Below are positions 37,718 through 47,526 of a DNA stretch of 64,000 nt, piece by piece. Source of the stretch: an uncultured Dehalococcoidia bacterium (GTDB lineage Bacteria > Chloroflexota > Dehalococcoidia > Lucifugimonadales > G958296245); assembly GCA_958296245.1 (NCBI GenBank), contig OY282458.1, positions 2,234,197 to 2,298,196 on the forward strand. The letters run 5' to 3'. Within the stretch, counting starts at the first letter, position 1, and the number at the start of each line of letters is the position of its first letter. Below the pieces are notes generated by a model. The model saw nothing but the letters and a program-made list of their open reading frames with translations, searched no databases and was not told the DNA's origin. Made by a program: the position numbers and the translations under genes.

Positions 37718-39301
37718 TTATCGTTGCCGTTCCAGGGCTGCCTCCATACGGCCGTCCATCACTGCCGCGAGGCGGTCTAAGGAATCCCTGCGGTCGAGGT
37801 CGCTGAGGGAGATTAAAGTAAGGCTTGCGACGACTCGGCCCTGCACCCAAAGGATAAGGTCTAGGTAGACCGTTTCGGATGCGGGATCCGTCGCGACGGC
37901 GCGGCCCGCCGCGGCGCCGTCGCCGACACTAGGGATGGCTGCTCCCTCGAAGGACTCCAGCACCACGCCCCCGTCCAAGGATTGGCCCACCATCCTCTGG
38001 TAGTCGGCGATTTCGCGCCGGACGGCCTCGGAGGCTTGGGCCTCGGTCTCGTAGAGCTCCACTGAGCAGGAAACGGCCGCGGGCCTTCCGGTGACCTGCC
38101 GGGCGAACGCCTGTTGGTCCACGAAGAAGCAGAGGTGGCCGTCGACGCGGCCCCATGCCGCCAGATCTTCCGCCGTGTCTTCGGTGTTTACGGTGTTGGC
38201 GGCCGCGCGGCCGGGGGTCAGTCTTCCGCCACTGCCGGAGTCGACCATGTCGGGGAACTCGGCTGCGGTCTCCGGCTGAGTGAGCAACATGCCGCCGAGG
38301 TCAAAGCCGTGTTCGGGAGGAGGAGGCGCCTGGATCTGCAGTTCCGGCTCAGGCAGGCCCTCCTCGAACTGGGCGGGCAACGCGATGGCTACCTCGCCCC
38401 CCACGTCCGAGGTTTCAATCGTGACTGTGACGAACTGGTTTCCTCCCAAGAACTGAGAGACGAACCTCCTCGGCACGCCTTCATCGTCGATCCAGACCTC
38501 GACGCCGGCTATTCGCGCCTCTTCCAGCACCTCGAGGGGGGCGCCTGTCAGCCCTGCGGATGCGAGGAGCCGTTCGTTCTCACTCTCGCTCAACCGGCTG
38601 AGCAGAGCCTGGAAGTCGACGGTAACGCCGAGGTGGTGCGCCTCCACGCCGTCCACCTCCTCCCGTCCAAGGTACTCCACCTCGTAGATGTCCCAGGGCG
38701 TATCCTCAGCGGGTATCAGATCAGCGAAGAAGTCGGCCTCGTACTGTTCTAGGTCTAGGCCGGTTATTTCCGCCAGGGCCTGCACTGTAGTGCGCCGCCA
38801 CTCCTCGCCGGGGACTTTAACGTATGCGTATGCGTTCACCCGGTCGAAGATCAACTCGGTGCTCTGCGGGCCCTGGGGGGTCTGCAGCGTGGTGAGCAGC
38901 CTCAGCGACCCTTCCACGTCGCGGCTCACAGCGGTCCTGACGTTCAGGGCCTGCCCGATTGTGCGGATCTCCGTGCCGATGACGGTCTGGAAAGAGGAGG
39001 CCTGCATCATATGCGCGTACGAACCCTTGAGTATCTCAAGGGCGTCCGGGCTCTCCCCGAGGTCGGAGGAGGGCGGCGCAGCGGGGGTTGCCGTGGGTTC
39101 CTGAGTTGGCGAAGCGGGGGACGGCTCAGGCTCGCCGTTGGAGCCCGAGCAGGCGGCGGCAGCCAGGGTTATCGAAGCTATCAGGACGGCGGCCACGTAA
39201 CGGGCCGCGTTGGTCGCTCTGAGTGAGGTCAAGTGCCCCTCCTCTGGGCCCGGAACTGCGCGGCGCCGGCGAGTGTAGCAGCGAGACTCGGCGGTAGTCA
39301 A
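37718..39301 (-). CDS. putative secreted lipoprotein, unknown function
   Basis: A hydrophobic signal followed by the lipobox-like LAAAACSG and a Pro/Thr/Ser-rich linker. No family was recognised and the start is uncertain. Confidence 0.55.
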   Translation of the reverse strand: MTTAESRCYTRRRRAVPGPEEGHLTSLRATNAARYVAAVLIASITLAAAACSGSNGEPEPSPASPTQEPTATPAAPPSSDLGESPDALEILKGSYAHMMQASSFQTVIGTEIRTIGQALNVRTAVSRDVEGSLRLLTTLQTPQGPQSTELIFDRVNAYAYVKVPGEEWRRTTVQALAEITGLDLEQYEADFFADLIPAEDTPWDIYEVEYLGREEVDGVEAHHLGVTVDFQALLSRLSESENERLLASAGLTGAPLEVLEEARIAGVEVWIDDEGVPRRFVSQFLGGNQFVTVTIETSDVGGEVAIALPAQFEEGLPEPELQIQAPPPPEHGFDLGGMLLTQPETAAEFPDMVDSGSGGRLTPGRAAANTVNTEDTAEDLAAWGRVDGHLCFFVDQQAFARQVTGRPAAVSCSVELYETEAQASEAVRREIADYQRMVGQSLDGGVVLESFEGAAIPSVGDGAAAGRAVATDPASETVYLDLILWVQGRVVASLTLISLSDLDRRDSLDRLAAVMDGRMEAALERQR

Positions 39302-39339
39302 CGCGGATTGCGGACGCTGTAGATGTTCAATGATAATGT

Positions 39340-39526
39340 CAGGGTGTAACCTGTCCCAGACTCGTCAGGGTGTAACTGTTCAGACTCTGTGAGACGAAGG
39401 TGGTCCTCCCCCTCTGGCCGGGGGCCTGGGGGCCGCGCCCTCAGTTACCAAGGGGCGGGTAGGGATCAAAGGCGTATGCTTTATCAGGGTTACGTCGAAA
39501 GGGACCTCACGAAGTCTGAACAGTTA
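39340..39526 (+). repeat. family A MITE-like element, full copy (39372..39526) preceded by a duplicated terminus (39340..39371)
   Basis: CAGGGTGTAACCTGTCCCAGACTCGT and CAGGGTGTAACTGTTCAGACTCTGT are tandem left ends. The right end is GTCGAAAGGGACCTCACGAAGTCTGAACAGTTAG. Confidence 0.8.
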
Positions 39527-39590
39527 GTGTTGGGTGACAGATTTCACAAGATTCTGTAGAATCGGGGTTACTTCACTGGAGGCTCACCGA

Positions 39591-40058
39591 ATGGGTTCGC
39601 CTGAAGACAAGCTAGCAGAGTTGGGGATCACGCTGCCCAACGCCAGTTCACCCGTAGCGAATTACGTAGGGGCGGTTCGGACCGGCAACCTGCTGTTCCT
39701 GGCCGGCTGCGGCCCGGCCAAGGACGCGGACGGCAAGGCCCCCAGGGGCCAGTTGGGCACAGACCTGACCGTCGAGCAGGGGTACGAGGCCGCGAGGCTC
39801 GTCGGCGTAAACCTCCTGGCCCGTCTCAAGGAAGAGCTGGGAGAGCTGAGCAGGGTGAAGCGCGTGGTGAAGCTGCTTTCCATGGTCAACGCGGCATCCG
39901 GCTTCACGGAGACGCCGGCAGTGGCTAACGGATGCTCGGACCTGCTGGTCGAGGTCTTAGGCGAGAGAGGCCGCCACGCGAGGTCCGCCGTGGGCATGAG
40001 CGCGCTTCCCATGAACATCCCGGTCGAGATCGAGATGATCGCCGAAGTAACCGACTAG
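39591..40058 (+). CDS. RidA/YjgF/TdcF-family protein, paralog 1
   Basis: Characteristic ..ANYV.AV..GNLLF.AG..., VKLL..VN...F, ARSAVG...LP..I.VEIE. ATG 39591 follows GGAGG; the track start at 39534 lies inside the repeat. Confidence 0.85.
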   Translation: MGSPEDKLAELGITLPNASSPVANYVGAVRTGNLLFLAGCGPAKDADGKAPRGQLGTDLTVEQGYEAARLVGVNLLARLKEELGELSRVKRVVKLLSMVNAASGFTETPAVANGCSDLLVEVLGERGRHARSAVGMSALPMNIPVEIEMIAEVTD

Positions 40059-40205
40059 CGGCCCTGTTGGAATATGTGGATATGCACGAGAGGCCTGAGG
40101 GTGTCTCCATCAGATATGAACAACCCTCTCCTTTCCTGGTCCGTGAAAGGGAGGCAGGAGGATTGGCGGAAGTTTTTTCCCGCAGTCCGTTTTTAGGGGG
40201 CGCGC

Positions 40206-40673
40206 ATGGGTAGAGTGGAAGAAAGGCTAGAGCGGCTGGGATACGCGCTGTCCGGCCAAGCGGCGCCGGTCGCCAACTATGTGCCTGCGGTGTTGGTCGA
40301 GGACGCCGGGTTGCTCTTCACCTCCGGACACGTTCCCCGCAACCCGGACGGCAGTTTCATCACAGGCCGCCTTGGGGACGGCATGAGCGTTGAGGAAGCT
40401 TACGGGGCGGCCAAGGCCACCGCTCTGTCCCTGTTGGGCACCGTCAAGGCGGAGATCGGCGACTTGGACCGGGTGAAACGTATCGTGAAGGTGTTGTGCT
40501 TGGTCAATAGCGCCCCCGGCTTCGCGGAGCAGCCATCCGTTGCCAACGGGGCGTCGGACTTGCTGGTTGAGGTCTTCGGCGAGGCGGGCCGCCATGCTCG
40601 GTCCGCGGTCGGGGTGTCGGCGCTCCCCGGCGACGTGTGCGTCGAGGTCGAGATGGTGGTAGAGGTCTCCTAA
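40206..40673 (+). CDS. RidA/YjgF/TdcF-family protein, paralog 2
   Basis: Collinear with the gene at 39591 (ANYVPAVLV...LFTSGH, VKVLCLVNSAPGF, ARSAVGVSALPGDVCVEVEMV). Confidence 0.85.
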   Translation: MGRVEERLERLGYALSGQAAPVANYVPAVLVEDAGLLFTSGHVPRNPDGSFITGRLGDGMSVEEAYGAAKATALSLLGTVKAEIGDLDRVKRIVKVLCLVNSAPGFAEQPSVANGASDLLVEVFGEAGRHARSAVGVSALPGDVCVEVEMVVEVS

Positions 40674-40714
40674 AGGAAGTCCCATTTCGGGGACTGTGGA
40701 GAGAGGAGCGGAAG

Positions 40715-41638
40715 GTGGCTTCGAGCAGCAGCCCAACGGCAGGCGGGCAGGACTCCATAGAGGACGCCCTAGCAGTCGAAGCGTCAATACGGCGTTCCCG
40801 TGATACTCGATGGCGAAAATTCGCCCGGCACCGGATGGCGCTCTTGGGGATGGGGGTGCTGGTCCTGTTCGCGTTCATGGCCATTTTCGCCCCGCTCGTC
40901 GCTTGGCAAGACCATCTCGAAATCGACCTGCTCCGCGTCCACGACCCCCCCAGCTTGGACCACATCCTTGGGACGGACGCAGGGGGGCGGGACGTATTCG
41001 CCCGCATACTGTTCGCGGCGAGGGTGTCGCTGACCGTCGGAACGATCGCGGCCCTGATATCTTCGGTGATCGGGCTTCTGATCGGGATGGTGTCGGGCTA
41101 TCTCGGCGGGCGTTGGGACGACGTCCTCATGCGCTTCACGGAAATCGTGATGACCTTCCCTACGTTCTTCGCCGTCATACTCTTGGTCTCCGTCCTTGGG
41201 CCCAATCTCTACAACATTATACTGGTCATAGGGCTCCTGGGCTGGGAAGGAAAGGCGCGCCTGGTCAGGGGAATCGTGCTGTCGATAAAGCAGATGGACT
41301 TCGTCACCGCGGCCCGGGCGATCGGGGCGTCGGACGCCAGGCTCATCTTCGTCCACATCATGCCGAGCATCTTGGGCTACACGATGGTTGCGGCAACCAT
41401 CACGGTGGCGGGCGCGATCATCACGGAGTCGACCTTGAGCTTCCTGGGCCTAGGCGTGCAGATCCCGACCCCGACGTGGGGCAACATGATGACCGCGGCT
41501 CAGAGCCTCTTTACCCTTCAGAACCGGTGGTGGATATGGATTCCGCCCGGCGTCGCCATCTCGGCCACGGTGCTAGCCGTGAACTTCGCGGGGGACGGCC
41601 TGCGGGATGCCCTAGACCCACGTACCGTGGTGGACTAG
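40715..41638 (+). CDS. ABC transporter permease, DppC/OppC type
   Basis: N-terminal LGTD..GRD...R......R.SL and an EAA-like loop (AARAIGASD.RLIF.HI.P). GTG 40715 follows GAGAGGAGCGGAAG. No cognate dppB, ATPase or binding-protein genes are adjacent. Confidence 0.8.
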   Translation: MASSSSPTAGGQDSIEDALAVEASIRRSRDTRWRKFARHRMALLGMGVLVLFAFMAIFAPLVAWQDHLEIDLLRVHDPPSLDHILGTDAGGRDVFARILFAARVSLTVGTIAALISSVIGLLIGMVSGYLGGRWDDVLMRFTEIVMTFPTFFAVILLVSVLGPNLYNIILVIGLLGWEGKARLVRGIVLSIKQMDFVTAARAIGASDARLIFVHIMPSILGYTMVAATITVAGAIITESTLSFLGLGVQIPTPTWGNMMTAAQSLFTLQNRWWIWIPPGVAISATVLAVNFAGDGLRDALDPRTVVD

Positions 41639-41933
41639 CAGGGCACGGAAGGGGCCTTCCGCAGCTTCCTTCAAGCCTCTTCCCGGTTTGGGGAGGGTAT
41701 GGCATCTGGAGGGACACCCATTCGGCAGGCTCGGGGGCGGGCTCTCAGATGCCAGGCTAAAGGGCTTCGCCCCTCTTCACGTCCGGTAATTCAGCGGCCT
41801 GCCATGCGCCGCTGGGCGCAGTTAGGGATGTTGTCCAAATCAGGATTAGGGGATGGTCAGCGCGTGTTGGAGGGAGTCCCTCAGTCGAGGGCTGGGCTTC
41901 AGTTCCGCCCTGCGGTGTATGAGTCCGAGGTTT

Positions 41934-42614
41934 CTATCCCTTCGCCGTGAGTTGCAGGGCTCTGAAGCCGATGGGGATGGCGCCGGCCTCTAGAAGTGTG
42001 CTCCATACGTGCTCGCCGTACTCGCGCCCAAAGTAGAGATCGAGTCTGGGCACGTTCTCGTCGTTTCTGATCAGCGCCGCGCGCACCCCGGCGACGCTGG
42101 TTTGGGCGCAGGCCATGTCAGCGAACCCCGTCCGGGAGACGTCCAGTTCGGTGACGGTTGCAAGCACCGAGAAGGCTTCGGGGCCGACGATTGCGGCGCC
42201 GGCCAGCCCGGACGTCACGTCCACCACGTGAGCGGCCCCATCGAGGGCCTTGGTCAGGCGCGAGCAGAGCGGCGCGGCGGCCGCGGCAGGGGGCAGCGCC
42301 CAGACCTCGTCCCGCGTCATGCGCGCCAACAGGGCGTCGGCGCTCCACGCGGCGCGGCCCACGCCGATCCCGCCGCTGAGTCCGAAGGTCGTCTCCAGGA
42401 TGGCGTCCGCGTCCTCGGCGTACACGAGGACCTTACCTGTGGAGCTGACGTCACACATTCCAACGGACCGCCGCACGCGCTCGAACTCCTCCTGGGGCGG
42501 TGTGTAATGCGACGGGCGGAGCCAGCCGTCTTGTTCGACCATCGCGGCTCCGGCCGCGGCGTGCATCTCGTGCATGGGGCTCAGCCCGGTCGGCGGCTTC
42601 AAGGCGTCCGTCAC
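41934..42614 (-). CDS. soxG: sarcosine oxidase gamma subunit family (GcvT-like fold)
   Basis: It is the last gene of the sox cluster, overlaps the soxA stop by 4 nt, and has aminomethyltransferase-like N-terminal strands (MCDVSSTGKVLV). Confidence 0.7.
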   Translation of the reverse strand: MTDALKPPTGLSPMHEMHAAAGAAMVEQDGWLRPSHYTPPQEEFERVRRSVGMCDVSSTGKVLVYAEDADAILETTFGLSGGIGVGRAAWSADALLARMTRDEVWALPPAAAAAPLCSRLTKALDGAAHVVDVTSGLAGAAIVGPEAFSVLATVTELDVSRTGFADMACAQTSVAGVRAALIRNDENVPRLDLYFGREYGEHVWSTLLEAGAIPIGFRALQLTAKG

Positions 42615-45499
42615 GCGCGGAGCCTCTCGCCTTTGGGGTCGTACAGAGGCTCCAGCCGCACCGCGGCGGGCAGGTCGCGGCCTTCCACGTGAATGTGAAT
42701 CTCTTGGCCCTCTTGCGCGAGCTCGGCCGGCACACGGGCCAATCCGAACGCCTGCCCGGTCGTCGGGCTAAGCCGGGCGCTGGTCACGCGGCCCACGGGA
42801 AATCCCCCTACGGTCACGGCGTTGCCGTCGGAGGGCACAACGCGTTCCTGCATGACGAAGCCCACCAGCAGTTCTCGCGCTCCTCTCTCGCGGGCCGCCG
42901 CCAAGCCCTCCCTGCCGATGAAGTCCTCCTTGTCGAACCGCACGGTCCACGCTGAGCCGCTGTCCAGGGGATTGCTGACGAGGTCGGTATCCTGCCCCGG
43001 TATGATGTGTTTTTTTTCGAGGCGGAGGATTCGTTGGGCCTCCACTCCGAATTTCGCAATGCCGAACTCCTCCCCGGCCTCCAACAGTGCGTCCCACACG
43101 TGCTCACCGTATTGGGCGGGGACGTGGAGCTCCCAGCCGGTCTCCCCGACGAAGCCGACTCTGAGGAAGAGGCATGGGACTCCGGCCACGTTTCCTTCAG
43201 CAGACCTCATGTACTTGAAGGCTCGCCGCGATATATCGACGTCCGTCAGCTTTGCGAGGGTCTCCCTCGCCCTGGGTCCTGCGACGTTGATGGACGCGTA
43301 GGCCGACGTGACGTTGGTTACGTAGACGCGCCACCGAGCGCCTGCCAGCCACCACCTGAACCAGTCCTCCACTGTGTCCACGTTGGTCGTGGAGGTGGTA
43401 ACGAAATAGCGGTCTTCCCTCAGTCTGGTCACTGTGCCGTCGTCGAGGATGCTGCCGCTGTCGGTGCAGAGGATGCCGTAGCGTGTCCGGCCGGGCCTGA
43501 GGGTGGAAAACTTATGGGTGTACATCCGGTCCAGGAACGCGGGGGCGTCCGCGCCGGCCACGTCCAGCTTGCCCAAGGTGCTCACGTCTATGATTCCGAC
43601 GCGGTTTCTTACGGCGAGGCACTCATCGCGGGGCGAGCCGTAGCTATGCGGTCGCTGCCACGGCCCGACGTCGACCATCCGCGCACCCGCCGCGCGGTGC
43701 CTGCGGTCCATGGGGGTGCGCTTGATCGGGAGGTACGCGGCGCCGGCAAGAGCGCCCAGCGGCACCGGCTGGAGGGGCGGTCTCTGCGTGGTTGCGCCCA
43801 CGGCGTCCGGCGGCTGGCGCATCTCAAGCGCACACAGGGAAACCAAGGCCCTGTGGCACATCTTGCCCTGACATGGGCCCATCGTCACGGTGCTGTATCT
43901 CTTGAGGGTCTGTATATCGGTGAAGCCTTCCCGGATGGCCGTCACGACGTCCTTGGACGTGATGTCCTCGCAAAGACAGACGAAGCCTCTGGAGCCGGGT
44001 GCCTCCGCTAAGGGAGCGGCGTCCACCCTCGCCGGCGCGGTTTCCGGCGGTCTGAAGAAGGAGAGCGCGCCGCCCTCTGCCGCTGCTGCCCCGGCTTCCC
44101 GGCCCTGCCGCAGCGCGTCGTCCAAGCCGGATGCTCCGGTGACGCTTCCGGCAGCGAACACCCCCGGCGGGAGCTTGACGGGCACGCTCTCGCCGAGGGC
44201 CGCGTTAAACCCGAACGCGGCGCCTGCTTGAGCGAGCAGGGCGCCTGCGGGAGTGAAGCCGCCGCTCAGGCAGATCAGGTCGCAGTCGAACTCTCGTTCC
44301 TCTGTGGTGGGGCGGCCTTCGGTTAGCCGCGATACTGCGGCGCCCGCCACCCGCTTGGTCCCTTCGGCGCGGACGACGCCATGCGAGGGGAGTACCAAGA
44401 CGCCCCTCGTTTGCAGCTCCTTTGCGGCGTCGAGGTCGTGCGGGAACCGCGGCCTGGAGTCCACGAGGGCGACAACCTGCACACCGGAGTTGACGAGGTC
44501 CAACGCGGCGTGGTAACCCTCATCGTTGGTTGCCGCAACCAGCGCCGCGCCGCCCGGCCTGAGCCGGTGCAGGTGCATCAGCCGCCGCAGGCCAGAGCTG
44601 AGGAAGGTCCCCGGCAGGTCGTTGCGGTCGTAGAGCAGGGGCTGCTCGTATGCGCCGGTGGCCGCCACGATGCTCTTGGCGCGCAGCTTGACGAACTCTG
44701 AGCCTCGACGTATGCCAAGCAGATTCCCCTCGTACAGGCCGAACGCCGTTGCCCCGGTCAGCACCTCGACGTTGGGGCTGGACTGTACGGCCCCGGCGAG
44801 GTCGTTGGCGGTCTCGTATCCGTGGGCAGCCGGTTGCCCGGCGGCCTCCGGGTAGCTGCGAAGGTCGTAGCGGAGGCTTCCGCCCAAGGCCGGTTCGTCG
44901 TCTATCAGCACGACCCTGACGCCGGCATCCGACGCAGCGAGGGCGGCTGACATTCCGGCGGCGCCTCCGCCCACCACGGCCACCTCTGCGTGCAGGTTCC
45001 GGTGGGTGTAACGGGCGACGGACGGCGCCTCGGCGGCTACGGCTCCTATGCCGGCGACTCGCCTTATTATGGGGCTGGCTATCTTCCAGAGCAGTCTGGG
45101 CCTGTATAGCGACTTGTAGTAGAAGCCGACCGGCATGGCCCAGCCGAACCGGTCCAGCACCGAGAGGAGGTCGCGCTCGAGCGACGGCCAGGCGTTCTGT
45201 CTGCTCACCACGACGCCGTCTGTAGCCGGCGCCGCGCAGACGCGAACGTTGGGCACGCCGTCCACGGTCATCAGGCAATTCGAGCACCGGCCCGCTACGC
45301 AGGTCAGCCCGCGTGGGCGGTGGTACTTGAACGACCTGCTGAATATGCGGACGCCCGCGGCGTACAGGGCCGAGGCTATGGTGTCTCCCTCGAAGGCTTG
45401 TACCGGCTCGCCCTCGAAGCGGAAGGCGATGGGCTTGGAGCGGTCGATCGCCTGCGTCGGATGCGGACCCAGCCTGGCTTCACAGTCGCCGGCGGCCAT
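42611..45499 (-). CDS. soxA: sarcosine oxidase alpha subunit
   Basis: About 960 aa. N-terminus F.FEG..V.AFEGDTIASAL.AAG........FKYHRPRG..C..G.C.NC...VDG.PNVR.C, an FAD/NAD Rossmann (VAVVGGGAAGM) and a C-terminal GcvT-like folate domain. Confidence 0.9.
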   Translation of the reverse strand: MAAGDCEARLGPHPTQAIDRSKPIAFRFEGEPVQAFEGDTIASALYAAGVRIFSRSFKYHRPRGLTCVAGRCSNCLMTVDGVPNVRVCAAPATDGVVVSRQNAWPSLERDLLSVLDRFGWAMPVGFYYKSLYRPRLLWKIASPIIRRVAGIGAVAAEAPSVARYTHRNLHAEVAVVGGGAAGMSAALAASDAGVRVVLIDDEPALGGSLRYDLRSYPEAAGQPAAHGYETANDLAGAVQSSPNVEVLTGATAFGLYEGNLLGIRRGSEFVKLRAKSIVAATGAYEQPLLYDRNDLPGTFLSSGLRRLMHLHRLRPGGAALVAATNDEGYHAALDLVNSGVQVVALVDSRPRFPHDLDAAKELQTRGVLVLPSHGVVRAEGTKRVAGAAVSRLTEGRPTTEEREFDCDLICLSGGFTPAGALLAQAGAAFGFNAALGESVPVKLPPGVFAAGSVTGASGLDDALRQGREAGAAAAEGGALSFFRPPETAPARVDAAPLAEAPGSRGFVCLCEDITSKDVVTAIREGFTDIQTLKRYSTVTMGPCQGKMCHRALVSLCALEMRQPPDAVGATTQRPPLQPVPLGALAGAAYLPIKRTPMDRRHRAAGARMVDVGPWQRPHSYGSPRDECLAVRNRVGIIDVSTLGKLDVAGADAPAFLDRMYTHKFSTLRPGRTRYGILCTDSGSILDDGTVTRLREDRYFVTTSTTNVDTVEDWFRWWLAGARWRVYVTNVTSAYASINVAGPRARETLAKLTDVDISRRAFKYMRSAEGNVAGVPCLFLRVGFVGETGWELHVPAQYGEHVWDALLEAGEEFGIAKFGVEAQRILRLEKKHIIPGQDTDLVSNPLDSGSAWTVRFDKEDFIGREGLAAARERGARELLVGFVMQERVVPSDGNAVTVGGFPVGRVTSARLSPTTGQAFGLARVPAELAQEGQEIHIHVEGRDLPAAVRLEPLYDPKGERLRA

Positions 45500-45763
45500 C
45501 TATGCTTGGGCCTCCCCCGGCCAGTACGTCTCCTTGACCTGGTTGGTTACCGTGTCCCTGACCGCAATGAGCCACCGGCGGCAGCCAAGGGCATGATACC
45601 ACCATTCCCGTTGGTCGCCCGCGGCGTTGCGGCGGAGGTAGAAGTATCTGGTCCAGTCCTGTGCCGGGTCGCCGGGCTGGGGCCGGTCCGTCTCCTCGCC
45701 GCCGGAGCGGTACTCGTAGACGGTGCGCTCCCCGCAATTGGGGCATTTGAGCAAGAAACCCAC
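45500..45763 (-). CDS. soxD: sarcosine oxidase delta subunit
   Basis: A small Zn-ribbon-like protein with L.CP.CGER...E.......R..P and W.H..GCR.W. GTG start after AGGAAGG. Confidence 0.85.
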   Translation of the reverse strand: MGFLLKCPNCGERTVYEYRSGGEETDRPQPGDPAQDWTRYFYLRRNAAGDQREWWYHALGCRRWLIAVRDTVTNQVKETYWPGEAQA

Positions 45764-45975
45764 GTGCTCGCCTTCCTGGCCCTGTCAGGAGGAAGCGCGC
45801 CGCCCGAACGGGGCGGGCTTCCCTTTACCATGAATGAGACCCGTTCAGGGTAAAGCCAATTGCGGCGCTGTCAAGCCTGGCTCGGCAGGCTGCGGGGAAG
45901 CAGTTGTCTGAATCAGGGTTTCAGAATCAGGGGACGTACGGGATTGGGAGGCATGAGGCGCGCCTGGGGGCGCCC

Positions 45976-47214
45976 TCAGACTTCGTGCAAGGGGGCTTCG
46001 CCGGTCTGCACGCCCGGTATGCCGTAACCTGTTAGTTCGTCAGTCTGGAACGCCGCGTGGGGGTACTTGTTCTTCATGAGGCCGGCGTGCTCCCTGCGCA
46101 ACAACGGCGCCCGGCGCTCAGACGGCGTTGGTAGGAGCCGTTCAGGTCTCGCCACTCCAGTGTCCTTCTCTTGGATCAGGATCTTGAACGCCCCTAGGCC
46201 GTCCGGCTTGACCAGTTCCCGCATCGCCATCAGGTTAGCGTCCCGGACCGGCTGGTCCAGTTCCTGTTTACGCACGTCCGCTATCATTCTTCCCATGCCC
46301 ATCGCACCCAGCCAGTCGGCCTGGGTGGAGAGAAGGACAGGCCTCAGACCGGCGAGGTTCCCCTCAGAGATCATCGCCGTGAAGTCCACGTGGGCCGTCA
46401 CGTCCTGCGCGCCGACACGTTGATAGGGACTGCCCCCGCTGGTGTGGCGGTAGAAGGTCTCGAGGGTGCCCTGCATCCGGTCGTGGGGATGGGGGTCTTC
46501 GGCGTCGTACCCGTAGTCGATGGTGAGGACGAAGCCCCTTTGCAGGGCGCGCGCGATTTCCTTCATCCAAGGCCCGACGCGCGGGTTGACCTCACCTCGG
46601 CAGCCTTCGCGCAGCGGCAGGCCCCGTTCTCGTATACGCTCTTCCAACAGGGGCGTGGACGGCTCCGACAGCGTTTCCCGCAGGACGCCGTCCCGCAGTT
46701 CGACGAATACCTCCAGCACGCGGCCATCGCGCACCTCGAACAGGTGCACGGGGAAAGAGTCGACCAGCTCGTTGGAGAGCAGGCACCCCACCACTCCCTT
46801 CAGGGGCACGGCGTCGGAGACCAGCCGTCTGAGGGGCGCGCAAAGGCCGCCGGGCGGGGACCGGTCCACAGCCACGTAGCGCAACGCCTCGGAGAACGGA
46901 CGCAGAGATTCTGCCGCGTAGTCGACCACGCCGCGCGCCAAGATACCGCTGCCCGCGCCCAGCTCGACGGCATAGAACGGGCGTGGATAGTCGAGAAGCT
47001 CCCACATCCTGGCTAGCTGCACGGCCACCAGAGCGCCGAAGGCGGGATGCGCCGCCGGGCTGGTGTAGAAGTCGCGGTGGTTGGATAGGGCGGCGCCGTC
47101 CGAGTAGTAGCCGCCCCGGGGGTGGTACAGTGCGATGCTCATGAACTCGGCAAAGGTTATCGGGCCCTTGTCGAGTATGCGCGCTTTTACCTCTCGTTCA
47201 GCCCCTGTCTCCAC
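45976..47214 (-). CDS. SAM-dependent methyltransferase, MidA/NDUFAF7 (DUF185) family
   Basis: ITFAEFM..ALYHP..GYY....FYTSP..HP.FG..VA.QL..MW.......F..VELGAGSG.LA. Confidence 0.85.
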   Translation of the reverse strand: METGAEREVKARILDKGPITFAEFMSIALYHPRGGYYSDGAALSNHRDFYTSPAAHPAFGALVAVQLARMWELLDYPRPFYAVELGAGSGILARGVVDYAAESLRPFSEALRYVAVDRSPPGGLCAPLRRLVSDAVPLKGVVGCLLSNELVDSFPVHLFEVRDGRVLEVFVELRDGVLRETLSEPSTPLLEERIRERGLPLREGCRGEVNPRVGPWMKEIARALQRGFVLTIDYGYDAEDPHPHDRMQGTLETFYRHTSGGSPYQRVGAQDVTAHVDFTAMISEGNLAGLRPVLLSTQADWLGAMGMGRMIADVRKQELDQPVRDANLMAMRELVKPDGLGAFKILIQEKDTGVARPERLLPTPSERRAPLLRREHAGLMKNKYPHAAFQTDELTGYGIPGVQTGEAPLHEV

Positions 47215-47283
47215 GCCTCAGCTTTCGGATCAAGGAAAAGAAGGGGGGGCGGTCGAGCACTTCCCCAAGCCGCCTCGGTGATG

Positions 47284-47472
47284 CTAGCGGCGGGCCTGCT
47301 TGGCTCGCTGCGCCCTGGAGCCGCTGCGGTCCCAACCTGAGATGGGTATGGAGTTCCTGAACTCCCCTCTCTCGCCGCACTGGGTGCAGACACCCACGCT
47401 GATTGGCCCGTTGGGGCTCTCGATCATCCAAGTATGACGGCATTGCGACTCGGCGTCTTGACTATCTGCCAA
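47284..47472 (-). CDS. small hypothetical protein with a CxxC zinc-ribbon-like element
   Basis: A 62-aa ORF with C..(x)..CTQCG spacing and plausible protein-like composition. It competes with two overlapping ORFs in other frames. Confidence 0.4.
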   Translation of the reverse strand: MADSQDAESQCRHTWMIESPNGPISVGVCTQCGERGEFRNSIPISGWDRSGSRAQRAKQARR

Positions 47473-47526
47473 TGGTCGACCCCTTCCTGTTGCTAGTCGC
47501 GAATGGGAAGCATCAACCGGCCCTGA

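Noticed and set aside
41699-41950. An 83-aa ORF in the spacer between the permease gene and soxG
   Set aside because: It has no recognisable motif or SD, its composition is typical of a random high-GC frame, and it overlaps the 3' end of soxG on the opposite strand.
45764-45975. Possible glycine or other riboswitch upstream of soxD
   Set aside because: Only a short CCGCCC-CGTTC-GGGCGG hairpin and a TTGACA hexamer without a convincing -10 are visible. No glycine-riboswitch core (..GGAGAG..CACCGAAGGGGCAA..) was seen. The hairpin could equally be the terminator of the upstream methyltransferase gene.
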